DNA of 63,956 bases, counting the filler, from Platydemus manokwari (taxonomy: Eukaryota), in the NCBI GenBank assembly GCA_037951405.1. It is 5 parts of 5 records of this genome, joined end to end, with 100 filler letters (N's around TTAATTAATTAA, not from the genome) between each part and the next. Parts side by side here need not be neighbours in the genome. Positions count along the whole stretch, not along the records: positions 38,941 to 51,484 come from JBBMOY010086676.1; 4 more parts are not named here. One strand, 5' to 3'. Every line of letters begins with the position of its first letter. Position 1 is the first letter of the stretch. This document shows positions 38,941 through 51,584 of the stretch, piece after piece. The translations under genes were made by a program, and so were the position numbers. Under the pieces are notes generated by a model, which saw only the letters and a program-made list of their open reading frames with translations, was not told where the DNA came from and did no database searches.

Positions 38941-40234
38941 TATACTATTTTTGATTTCTATTTTTGGGCTTAATTCTATTTATTTATTTATTAATTTCCA
39001 CTTTAGATCTGTTTTCTATTTATTTGTTTATTTTTCCATATTTTTGAATAAATTTTATATTTATTTATTTGTTAATTTCCTTTTTTAGATCTGTATAATC
39101 TATTTCTGAATCTATTTCTATTTTTATCACAATGATTAATCCTGATATTTTTCTAATTATTATGTTCACATTATTATTAATTATCTGTCATTAACTCTTG
39201 TTATTTTGTTGTTTTGTTTTAATCTATTATTATCTGTAGTTGTTATACATGTTCTATTTTTATTATATTATTTATTATCTATTTGTTATATTATTATTTT
39301 ATATTATTGTTATCCCAACAAAATAAATAAAACTGAAAGAAAATAATAATTGTTAAAATAAAATTATTATTATTTAAAATAAATATTTAAATAAAATAAT
39401 ATTTAATATTGTACACTGAGAGTCTGTACAGTGTTACACGAAATAAATCTTAGTGATCAACTTATTTGTCTTTGGAGTCAGAGTATAATGTTATAATTAT
39501 AAAAATCAATGTTAAAATTTTTGTGAAATCATATAAACCACATTATGCTGTAATAGAACTCGAGGCTCTATCAATTGTGTAAGCCATTGAACAATTTCGC
39601 ACCCTTGTCTATGGACAGGAAATCCATGTTCTCACTGATCATCGGCAGCTGCAATGGCTGCTACAGCATCGAGACACGGCCTCGCGACTGAGCAGATTGG
39701 CTCTCAAACCGCAGCAATATGACATCAAAATGTTATAGAAAGGGAAAAACTAATCCATCAGCTTACGAAATTGATCATGAAACTATATTCATTGCCACGC
39801 AAGTATTGCAAAATGAAACCGATATCAGTGTGCTACAACAGCAAGATCCGGAAGTAAGAAATTATCTCACTTTGATGGATCGCATACCGGCATTATGGAG
39901 CCATCTAATTAATCTTGGAGAACCAGACGAACATTGGCTTAAACCTATGAGGCAATACCACGGGGGAGCAGTGATCGAGACAAACATGATGAAACTAACC
40001 GATAACGATCAACGAATTAGCAAGGCCATTTAAGAGCCCTTATGTCATCGAAAGAGTTAAGGAGACTAATTTTGTCATTCGACCAATGAACAAATCCGCT
40101 GTTGAGCCAATCTGGGTGCATGCAAGTAGGTGCAAGAAATATGAAGAAACCGCCTCTCAACTAGTGAGCACCACAGCACATAAACGAAGAAAGGAGCAGG
40201 ATGTCCTGAAAGCATCAGGAGGCAGATATCCTCT

Positions 40235-41304
40235 CCGATCACAGTTGATCCCGCTCACAATATTGAACCTTCTCAGTATTTATTGGGCACAAACAGAAGA
40301 AGTGCATCACTCGCCTCCATTAGTCGAACCAAATTGGACATACGATTGGGGAGTATTCTGGCTAGGAGTTACTGCTCACCAGGAGCCGCAATATCATTAC
40401 AGCACAACAATTGTCGGTCAAGATGGGATTGGCCGAACACAACATTACACCGCACGATGCATCTTTAATCAACTGCGAAATGGTCAGATCAATGGGCTAG
40501 GAAAAATAACACTTATCATGAAACAGATAAAAGCGAAGCCCGAATACAACTCGCAAGGTTTAAGAAGGGTGTAAATATTACGACTACCGATTCACATATT
40601 ATTATCACAAAGGAACTAAACCCTTTAAACCTGATTATAGGATTCATCACGAACAAGTAAAACGATGAGCACATCTTTATCATATCGAATAAAGAAGGAA
40701 AATATCGCTTCCCACGAAATCAATGTAACACATATTTCATCTCCATTCGTTATCAGCTGATTGAAACAATGGAAATATAAGATCACACGGTAACGACGAT
40801 AACAAACTTGATGAATTGTTCTGTCATCACTACTCCGTAAAGCATCCTGGAGAATACTACCAACAATAATAGCTAAGCCCTTGGAAGGCACTATTGCACT
40901 AATGCGCTCGTAAATTACTAATGACAGCAGCACTATGAACTTCACCACGGTCGTCGTTTCACGGCCAATCAATCGATTGTTACCAGACATCTGGCGAAAA
41001 GTCCAGAAGAAAAAGCACATTATCAACTGCAGCACCCAGCACAACGAACAAGCGCACAGTAATCAACAGGGAAATTAAGCCTGTCATTATGGAAAATCAG
41101 GCACTGTAGGAAGCCGAACAACGAGCCAGTGCAATGGTCATCATCATTTGCAGCTGTGTATTAGTTATGGCTATTGCCACACCAATTGTGATATTCCAGT
41201 GCAAAAGGAAAACTTATCACAGAATCCGATATACTTGGTATGAGGGAAATGACCCTCCAGCCTCCATGCTTACAGCACTAACACACCAAGTCACTACCAT
41301 ATGA
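40235..41304 (+). pseudogene. env-like membrane protein ORF in frame with the pol C-terminus (disrupted)
   Basis: Signal-peptide-like LIPLTILNLLSIYWAQ directly follows RYPLRSQ. Ectodomain fragments contain Cys. C-terminal hydrophobic anchor SAMVIIICSCVLVMAIATPIVIFQC is followed by basic KRK. Confidence 0.6.
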
Positions 41305-41486
41305 CAACTACAGTATAACGATATTAAAGTTAATATCGTCACTAAACTCTATATATTTATTTATATCTACAGCGTACTCTGCAATGAGCAATTTTTAATG
41401 TTGACTTTCAACTATTATTATTGCCCACCAATTAATTACTATGTTTTAGATTCCTGAACGTACAAAATTCAACAATACAATCATTA

Positions 41487-43478
41487 TGGAGTAGAAGCTA
41501 ACGCAGGGGGTCGACCCATGAGTATCAGTTCTTATGCGGTTGAACCAATCATCGCCACCAACTTTCATAAAGAGATGAAACAATCGACGTTGGCGATATT
41601 ACGATAATCAAACGCTTCTACTGAATAATCTCAAATTTGAAGGGCGAGGACCTCGCCACATATCTTTGGTCTTCATAGACCAAGCTGAAATCAAAGATTT
41701 GGTAACCTACTTTCCGAAAGCAAACCAATCGCACAACAAGGAAGTAATTCATCTCACTATTACCGTCCAGCCAATCGAAACCAGAATCGCCGGCGTCTAT
41801 CAAACTAGAAAAAGCCTCTACCTTAGAAGTCCTGCAAAGCAACATGAGGCTCAAATCGGGGCTAATCGTTAGACATCGCGTACCAAACACATTGGTACTA
41901 GAATGGGATATCATCAATATTCCTCGAATTCCCCTTTCTTACTACGACAACACTATCTCTAAACAAGTGATTCACAGTTATCACTCATTTCTGCGTCAAA
42001 TAGTATCCATCGAGGATCTGAAGTCACAGACACTGTTCATTGCTGCCAGAATCGCATCTGCAGCCCCTCGAATTAAGAACACGTACACTAAAACTGTCGC
42101 ATTAGCCGTCACCATCTGGAACTACGAAGGTCACGAACTACTCAACACTAAAATCACTCCACGTGAATACATCCGGCATTGGAGAAACGATGGAACAGAT
42201 GTGTGGCGAGAAGCGGATTGGACAAATGGACGAAATTAAATGTATTCGTCGAGTCAATGCCATAGTGGATCAACATTTATTAGTAGGCTATAAAGTAGCC
42301 GAACTATTGGAACCCTTCCGTATACCTTCCAACCGACTGTTAGGTATACGAGACCTATATCGAGCCAAAAAGCCTCGCGGAATATGGAATAGTGCATGCA
42401 GCCCACTTTGCATGGCATAAAATCCTGAAACAGGTAGTTCCGAATTACCAACTTGGCCGACTGCGCCCGAACCGAACCGTCAATATACTAGAGGAAATTC
42501 GTAGCGTCTACCTCGAACTGGAATACAAGTGGATTGATCACTACTCAATACCAGATGATGAACTTTTAAACAACGGAGAAGCTAACGAAAGCGCGTTACA
42601 ATTTCTGTTGAGTTTAATACCACAGAAATCGAAAAAGAAAACTGAAGAACCAGCAGTCAAACGATCCAAAGCATCAACTAGCAATGAAAGCGGTGAAACA
42701 CGGACCGCCTTTCCGTTCATTAAACCTCGAGTAAAAGTAACTCCTGACCAATCTGAACGAGTAAAACCCGTTTCACAGGTTAGGCAGGTAGAAATTGAAC
42801 CCTCGAGTTGTAATCGTGGATCCATCTACGACGGTCGCTCTCAAAAAAGCAATCCAAGCTATTCCACTCAATCAATCAAGAGTTGTAGAGGTGGATAAAT
42901 CTAAAACAGTAACGTTGAAGAAGACAACAAAAGGAAAGCCATTAAAACTATCGGCATCCAATGAGACAATACACGCCCACATTGCGCAAAAGAAGCCGCA
43001 AGAAAAACGACTGCGTCATAATTACGTCGACCTAGATGCAACCGAAGATGAACAGGAGTCGGAACCACCCAGTGAGCAACTTCGGAAGACATCGTCAGTA
43101 AAAAGCAATTCGGCATCGAACCCCAATTGCTTCCATTAGACAACTCAAGTCATCGATTACTCGGGTCTACCATATCTTCCACAGGATATCTTAACATCTT
43201 TCGAAAATGACAATAAACTATGGTTTCTTACTCAGCTTATCTACACCTGTTCCGACCAGCTCTTTCCAGGAACAGTAAGCTTAGAGTTCGCCAACAGAGA
43301 TCTTGAAATCGCAAGACAATATCCGGAGCAAGCGCAACCTACCGCGCTACCAACGTCAACCACCGATCAACGAGACAGTTGTATCTGGTGCAATCCAAAT
43401 CTCTCTATCAATCCAAGCACTTCTCAAGAGAAGCCATGCCAATGGTGTCAGCCATCCAAATCAAGAAGTTTGAACTAA
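41487..43478 (+). pseudogene. Accessory ORF with a REX4/ISG20-like DEDDh exonuclease-fold region, internal repeat and C-terminal CxxC pair (frameshifted)
   Basis: VALAVTIWNYEGHELLNTKITPREYI and VNAIVDQHLLVGYKV...LLGIRDL parallel REX4 LARVSIVN..G.V.YD.YVKP and L.GRILVGH...IRDT. Overlapping ORF pieces span 41666-43139; the terminus is CIWC...CQWC. Confidence 0.6.
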
Positions 43479-43791
43479 TTAACGATATATGATTATCCTA
43501 TGATTTGACGGCATTATTATTTATTGACTATTCGCCATGTGGCATCTGCATCAAATCTCTCATGTAACCTGACCACTTGACATTTATAGGGACGTAAATG
43601 CTTAAGGGGGGGGGAGATATGTTAGGGATACAATTATAATGTAGAATAAATATAATAATATGTTAAATAAAAATTTCAAGTTTAAACCCAAATTCTTTAT
43701 TATTATTTACAAATCAATTTACTTACAAAATTCTTATGTAAATCAATTTACTCAGCAGGCGTTAAGAAAGAATAAATAAAGCAAGCAATAT

Positions 43792-43950
43792 AAACAAAGC
43801 ACATGTCGTAAAACTAAACAAACACAACTAAGGCAAACAAAGCACATTTCGTAAAATTAAACAAACATAACTAAGGCAAACAAAGCACATTTCGTAAAAA
43901 TAAAACAAACAGAAAGACACAACTAAAGCAAACAAAGCCCAATCTGTAAA
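43792..43950 (+). repeat. 43-bp tandem repeat (about 3.5 units) inside the 3' LTR
   Basis: AAACAAAGCACAT(G/T)TCGTAAAA.TAAACAAACA.AACTAAGGC starts at 43792, 43835, 43878 and, partially, ~43930. Confidence 0.85.
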
Positions 43951-45295
43951 ATTTTAAGGAAATATAAACAAAAATACGCAAATAAAGCCATGCTGTATTC
44001 CATATAGAGCCTTACCCAAAATTAGTATAAATACTGAGCATTTTCTCAGTATAAACGCCTTACAGCGCTATAGTTAGTCAACTATTGAATAATCTTAGCG
44101 ACTTCACTGCAACTGACAATGAGTAATTTTTTCTTTATTCATTCTTCATTTTACAACTGCCCTACACGGGCTTGTCAGCTCTTATAACTCCTTTCTTTCT
44201 AAGCTTTTATCGGGTCTGAGTCTGTGTCCGGGCTATTAGGCGGCACCGACAATACCCATCCTCTTTAGGGATAGGAATCGAAACGTATCTTGTAGAACCC
44301 TTGCAATTTAATTCAGCTCATACGCTGTTGTAATTATTCAGTTTGTATATTTTGTGATTCATTCAATAAATATTATTATCTATGTTGCGTTTTGTTTGTA
44401 TTGTAATTGTCATAATGGTTATATAAGAGTGCTAGTATCCGCAATCCTTGGAGTCAGATTGCCAAACCGCTCAATCCTTGAGATACGAAATCTCCACAAT
44501 GTAATACTATTGTTGGTGTCTGTTATGTATGATTTACTATTTTTAATTAATGTGGTTATTTATAATATCATTTGAGATCATTATATTTTTGTATATTAAG
44601 TGACTTCTGTTTTTGGATATTTGTTAAATTTTTTCTTATGACACCGAGGTCGATTAAACAACTTTTAATTTTGATGCGATTGAACAAAACTTTTCAAATT
44701 TTATGCATATTTTCCGTTGAATAATTAATTTAGTTTTTATTTTATTTCAAAATTTTTCTATGCTTATTGTTTGTGATTGTTTAATGACTCATATGGCTCG
44801 TTATAATCTCCAAAAGAAATTCAGATATCAATATTATCCATTTCTATAAGTTTATTTGAAAATTGAAGATTATGTTATTTTATTAACATATTTTTAAAAA
44901 GAAATTGGTCTAAGTCAAGAAAATGGTTATATGACTTGTCTTCATTAGTACAAATTTTCGACTATGAATTAATCTTATGTATATTTTTCTAAAATTTTAA
45001 TTCAAAGATTCATTTTAATCAAAATTTTTAATTCTTCTCCGTTACTATGTTTGTAAATGCCTTGTTTTCGTGAAATGATGAAACACTCTGGAAGGTTAAC
45101 AGTGAAATATTGATAACTGTGGCATGTAAAACTTAAGGTATTATCTATCTTCAATTAAATATAAAGGAATACAACATGTGTTAATTAATTCATATATGAT
45201 AATCAGTTCAGTTATGAATTGAAATTAAGAAGCAATATTTTACCATTTTGTGAGGGTTCATTTAGTACTACAAAATTTTAAGTCTTAAATGAAGA

Positions 45296-45565
45296 AGTTA
45301 GATAAAAAATGAGATTTGCTTTAATATTAAAAACAAACGCGTGTGATTTTTAAATAAAAAATTAAATATTGATGGAAACATTTTGTTTTTAGTGGCAACC
45401 ACGCCGAAATAAACGCTCTGACTAGAGCTAAACGAGAAGAGAGGCAGAATAATTTTGCGAATCTGCCACCAAAAACCTCAGGAGCTATTAATTCCGAAAC
45501 CGTCATTCTTCGATTCATCAATCCAAGGTGCTGAGAAATGTTTCCAAACAACCAAATATTTCGCG
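45296..45565 (+). mobile_element. Short-LTR Gypsy-like element 5' end (LTR, PBS, leader), truncated
   Basis: Closely similar to 25503-25753; PBS TGGCAACCACG at 45393-45403. Confidence 0.7.
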
Positions 45566-46016
45566 GTTAGGGTTAGGATAACAAAGCAGAAATTCTATTT
45601 CAGTAATACCTATTTAAAAATGTTCGATAGAATAACTAAACGTAGCTCTAAGTTGAAAAATCAATGTAACTTAAAATCACAGCTAAAACTATTACATTGA
45701 ATTAATAACATATAATCCTTTAAATTATAGTAATACATACTTTTCAGTTAGTAAAAATTGAAAAATTATACTACTATAAACGTTTGGTACCTATTATAGT
45801 CTTATTACTATCAACATTAATTCTCAATCAAAATGAAGTGATATATAGCTATTAAAAAATTATATTTGAATTTTTAAAATAATTTCAGTAGCACAATTAA
45901 ATTTTCAAATTTCTTAAATAAAGAAAGACAGTGTATCTGAGTTAATTCCAATTATTCAAAGCTATTAATAAATATTAAAATCACAATTTTATAACTAGAA
46001 ATTTAGAAAATCAATG

Positions 46017-49000
46017 TCATTTTCTTTTATTTAAATTCAAACGAGGTATTGATTCGAGTTGACTGATAGGATCATAGAAGTAAATAGTTTTAGAATTCGC
46101 AACAAGTTGAATTGAATTTGTTTTGTTATTAAAGTTATAGTAATTAGCTGCATTTGACCTTTTCTTGTAGTTTGTATCTGATCTCAAGTAATCTATTTTA
46201 GAAAAATCATTCAAATTATAAAAATTGGAATTTGGTTTTGAGTTTTGATTTTTACTTTGATTAACAATACCGGGTAAAACGTTGTTATCAGCATTTTCAT
46301 CTATATTTGATTCAACTTTGTATCTTTCGTCTTCTGTAATTTCTATTCCATCTATCATTAATAAAGTAGGAATCATATGAATCAAATATGGTCGATGTTG
46401 ATGTCTTCTGCTGATAGGATTTCCAAACAATGATATATCAACAAGCGATTCAAAAGAATAGAATAAATCCAAGTCATGCAAATCGGTAATTTTGTTGTTT
46501 ACTAAATATAATCTTTTTAAATATTTTAGATGATAAATCGATGTTAAACTTTTAATACGATTATCATCAAGATGAATTTCTTGTAAATAAATATTATTAT
46601 TAAATGAATTATCAGATATGTATTTTATTCTATTTTGATCTAAAACTAGCTCTGTTAAATTTATCAAACTTCCTAAACCATCTATTGTAGAAATATCATT
46701 TCCTTGCAAAAATAGAGCTCTCAGTGATGGAATATCATTCAAACCCAGCTGAATAATGCTTTTAATATTGTTATACCCTAGATGTAAAACTTCTAGAGAT
46801 CTTAAATTTACTTTATGATTATTATCAGTCTTCGGAATAGGTTGAACAAGCGTTTTGTTACTCCTTGATATGATGGATTCGATTGAATTACTGTTTAGAC
46901 ATAGAACTTTCAAATTACTCATAGCAATTAATCCTGAAAATGAAGTCAAGTTATTATTTTCTAAATTTATGCTTCGTAGATTTTGTAATTTCTCCACTGG
47001 AGTTAAATCAACACTTTTCAAGCAGCAATTTGGAACATCCAATTCTGTTAGAGCATTATAATTTTCATTTCCAAATCTTTCCCGTATAAATTCCAAATTA
47101 AGTCGTCCACCTAATACATCTTTAGAATGATAAATTTCATAATTCTCCACACAGATACCATCAAGACCTTTCAAATGTTTCAGATTATAAATCATATTTA
47201 ATCGATAGTTTTTAATTGTGTGTACCACAGGATTATTATGAAGATCTAATATTACAAGATTTGTAAGATTCTTCAAAATAAAAATTTCTGTTGATTCGCA
47301 TACACAATTATTAGCGGCATATAATTCAGTTAAACAATTACAATCTTCAATTCCACTAAAAGATGACAATTTATTTGTGTGAATTGAAAGAACTTGTAGA
47401 TTAGTCAAGTTTCTTAAATATGAAATAGATGTTACATAATTTTCATTAAGCGATATTCTTTTTAATTTTTTCATTTTTGACAGGTTTTCAATATCTGTAA
47501 TTGTATTGTTGTCTAAAATCAATTCTTCCAAATGACTACAATTATCCAAACATTCTATTTTTGAGATAAGATTATTAGATAAAGATACATATTTTAAATT
47601 TACCAATCTTTCAATGTTGGAGATTTTTGTAATATATTGATTATCTAAACATAAAGACGTTATTCTCATAAATTCGGAATGTTCTTTGATTTGATTTGAA
47701 ATGCTATTGTCACTACAAATCATTAAAATATTTGCCATATTATCCAATAACAATGTGCGTGGATTAAGTGTATCAGTTCTTCCATAATTCATAATTTGTA
47801 TGTCTAATATTCGCCATTTACTCGCCAGATCATTGGCTAATTTTATTTCACAATCTTCAATGTCTTCATCATTAAACATTTTTAAATATTTCAATCCACT
47901 TATTATTCTCAATCGAACACTTTTTGGTTTCTGAAATAAATTGTATTTCACATTCAATTTGATTAAATTAGGAACACATCTGTGTAATGTTGATATTTCC
48001 TCCTTTGTTTTCACTAAAAAATTATTTTGAATATTAAGACTCATCAATTTTGGTAATTCGTGCATTTCAAACAAAGTTTGGATTTGATTAAAACTAACAT
48101 CAAGAATTTTCAGTTTTCGATTACCAATATCCTTCAAACTTAATAAATTATTGAACGGCATGAACAATTCTTTCAAATTTATTAATAATGATAATTCCGA
48201 TACATTTTGTAAATAAGAATTTGTAAGATTTAATATGGTTATATTTTCCAGTGAACATTCTAGTGTCCTAAATATTGATGTGAGACAATTATTTTTTATT
48301 TCATCAAAGTTCAATTTTTTCTTGATATTATCAAAATCTCTATCCAATTCGTCTATTGAAGGAATTTCAGACATGAAATCTTTTTGAATCCCATGATATA
48401 TATAATAAAACTTGGACCTTTCTGACTCTCTCAATACATATTCATAATCAACAATGTATTCTGGCACTAATAATTTATTCGTTTTAAAATACCAGTCATA
48501 CTTATATTTTGAGCATGAACAAATATTTTGATGTTCTCGTTTTGTAGTTGCGATTTTATAAGTTTCAAACAATGAATTGGTAGTGAGGAAATTTTCAAAT
48601 TCACTATTCAAAACTGGATTCGATTTCGATAGTCCCACGAAAGATTTCACTAGAATCACTCGTCCATAGTAAACATTGTTATTGGAACTTCCTTTCATTT
48701 TTATCAAATCACCATTGTATAAACTATTGGTCAATTTAATCACTCCGCTATCAGAAGATGAATACAAAGTATCCAGTATGGATAACGGACATTTGTTGCC
48801 ATTTTCGTCAATAAAAAGAAATAAATAATCTTGGATTTTACAATCATCAATGCCAAATTTTTCATTTCTCTCAACATTCTCGTAAAGCTTTTGAATCAAT
48901 TTGACATAATTGGATTCAATTTGAAAATTTTTTATCTTTATAACTCGATGGGTTTTTATTTGTAGGAAATCATCAAATCCAAATTCAGAATTACAAAATC

Positions 49001-50215
49001 GAGAACTGATCAATTCATTGCAAAGATTTACCCAAATCTTATCTGAACTCAATTCGAATCTAAAATTACCGCAGCTTGAGAATTCTAATTGAAATAAGCT
49101 TTTGATTTCACTTTTATATATTTCAATTTTTTTTAAATAAAATTTTATTTCGGTTTGATATGATTTTATAAACTTTTCCACACTTTCAATTCTATCATTA
49201 ATTTCTTTTATTTCATGACTATTGTACATATCTTTCCTCGGCGAAGGCAAAGAAAAGACATCAGTAGGTTTGGTTTTCGAATATTGGAAATTCAGATTCA
49301 TTAGCATTGATAATTTTGATAAATTTTGTAATCTTGTTTTTTGATATTCACACAATTTATCATAATTTATTTTTAATTGAAGCTTTATAAATGACATATC
49401 TCTGTCAACAGATTCCAGTTTCATAAAGTAGAATAACTTCTTCTTATTAATGGTATTTAAAACAAGTTCTTTTAAGTAATTTGAAGTAATATCAAAAGTA
49501 TCTAAACGTTTCAAATTCGGAAAGTGATAAATAAAAAATATGAAATAGTTTATATGATGAAACACCGGATTAGGTACATAATCTGGTCCATTTATGCTTA
49601 GATATTTCAGCTTAGGTAATCCACGCAGGTTCAATAAGTCATCGACATATTCTAGTTGGTTACCCGAAATGTCAAGTTTTATAATTGAAGTATTATTAAT
49701 TAGACTGTTTCCAATGTACTTAATCTCGTTTCCTGCTACATTTAATTCTCTTAATAGAATAAGTTCATCCAATCCCTCAATAAGTTCAATTTTGTTATTA
49801 TTCAGCCAAATAACTTCTAAAGATTTTAAAGAATATAAATTCTTAATTTTTCTAATTTTGTTTCCATATAAATATAAATTTTTAATCTGGTTACAGAGGC
49901 TTAAGCCTTCAATATCTGTAATACTACATTCACATATCCATAAACTTACTAAATTAGTACACATTTCTAAATTTTCAATAATCGTAATTGGCTGATTGAT
50001 TATTATTAACTGACTCAGACTTGGAAATGAAAACATTTTCACAATTCTCGGAAATCCTGAAAAAAATATTTCTAACTTTTCAAATTTGAACCCTTCATTA
50101 GTTAAAGAGGTAGGTTCTATGCCATTGGCACTGCATAAATTGTTAAAAATAACATCATCTTCCTCATGATTTGTATCCTAAAAATAAATTTATTCGAAGT
50201 TATTTATTTTACCAT
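46017..50215 (-). CDS. LRRC9: Leucine-rich repeat-containing protein 9, ~1387 aa
   Basis: The frame is open upstream of the tracked GTG to an acceptor at 50178-50179. An ATG-only first exon at 50213-50215 and a 35-nt intron give MDTNHEEDDVIFNNLCSANG...KLEIFFSGFPRIV, matching the LRRC9 N-terminus (LC..NG...KLEMFF.GYPRIV). SDS22-type LRR clusters flank a non-LRR middle region. Confidence 0.9.
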
Positions 50216-50536
50216 ATAGTCAATAAATTAATCCAAGTGTATCTAACCATTTATAATTTCGCTTCACGAATAGGCTTGTATAGCAATAATTTAAACACAC
50301 ACATATATTTTTATAAATCTTTACTATGTGAACTTATTTGTATATAGAAATTATAAGTAATTTAATATACTTAACTTTATTTTTTGGCTTATTATCGTTA
50401 AAGAAAATATAAATTTGTGTTTTGCAAAAATAGTTTTTATACTTTAAAAATACCACGACTAATATGCACCTAAATGATTTATTTTAACTTCAATAATGTG
50501 AAAATATTCAAAAAATTGGCATCGTATAACAATTTA

Positions 50537-51484
50537 GGGCTTAAGTTAAGAAAAAGGATCCTTTGACCCAATTTTAAAGTAATGACTTTTCGTGAGTTAT
50601 TTGATATTAGAATTTATTTGTAATCATATTTTATTGAAATTTTTACATAAAATTCAATTTTAGATTAAAAACCAAAAATCAACTCTAACAATCAAAAACC
50701 ATGTATTCGATGCCCGCTACTATAGTGAGACTTCAAAACATTCCTCGACGATTTTTACGACGATATTTGCATCTTCAATAATATTTTTATGCCAAGATAT
50801 TTCTTAATTGGCGAGGAATCTACAATTTTTGTTGTATCTCAATAAATAACTTTTAAATTGTTGGTTTTATTTTAATAAAAATTGTCAATATTTGTTGATT
50901 GTTAGTTTACTAAATTATTTGTAAATATAATATATTTTTAAATATAAATTTTTGTGTGAGTCCGTGCACCAAAATTACTTTATTCAGAAGGTCAAAAAGG
51001 AACAAGGCTGAATTGTTGAACCAAAGCCCTATCTGAATTCCGAAACTTATATATTTATGGCATCTTCACCTGTCCGATTTATTTGATTTGGATCAAATCT
51101 TCATTTCATTACGACATCGACAAATATGGTATCTATGTATCCAATCTATTAAATGATATTAACATACTTATTTTGAGAGTAAACGTTAGTACCTTGTTCC
51201 TTGCACTTCTCAATAATTTAGAAATCACTTTTTTATAAAATAACTCTAAAAATCTTAGATATCATTCCAATTGCTTCTAGTGTTAAAGAAGGGGTCCTCG
51301 CTGATTTTCAATTAATTGCATTTTGACCTGCTTTGACGCGTTTTTAAAATAATTAATTTTTAGGAGATGTTAAAAATCCTGTGCATGTATTATTTGATTT
51401 TGAATAACTATTAGGTGTATTAGTATGATTCCGGCTTTTACAAAAATGAGTTAAAATTTGTATTTCAATGAATAAATTTAATTG
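50537..51484. mobile_element. Harbinger-like MITE, longest copy, truncated by the contig end
   Basis: tta|GGGCTTAAGTTAAGAAAAAGGATCC at 50537; contains segments matching both 21448-21703 and 15160-15330. Confidence 0.75.
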
Positions 51485-51584
51485 NNNNNNNNNNNNNNNN
51501 NNNNNNNNNNNNNNNNNNNNNNNNNNNNTTAATTAATTAANNNNNNNNNNNNNNNNNNNNNNNNNNNNNNNNNNNNNNNNNNNN
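51485..51584. other. Artificial contig spacer
   Basis: 44N-TTAATTAATTAA-44N. Confidence 0.95.

Larger units (their letters stand above)
39535..44498 (+). mobile_element. 5'-truncated Gypsy-type LTR element: RNase H, deleted integrase, env-like ORF, extra exonuclease-like ORF, PPT, 3' LTR
   Basis: RNase H: HYAVIELEALSIV*AIEQFRTLVYGQEIHVLTDHRQLQWL...RLSRLAL..QQYD. Integrase tail WVHASRCKKY..RYPLRS. PPT AAGGGGGGGGGAGA at 43604-43617. LTR TGTTAGGGAT (43620)...ATCTCCACA (44498; right end tentative). The region is clearly more GC-rich than its flanks. Confidence 0.85.

Noticed and set aside
43792-43950. Regular short repeats that might suggest a CRISPR array
   Set aside because: Contiguous tandem units with no unique spacers, inside a eukaryotic LTR, and no cas genes.
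49594-49995. Antisense ORFs over LRRC9, MFS and retroelement ORFs, and short alternate-frame ORFs
   Set aside because: Shadow ORFs produced by codon bias, with no independent motifs.
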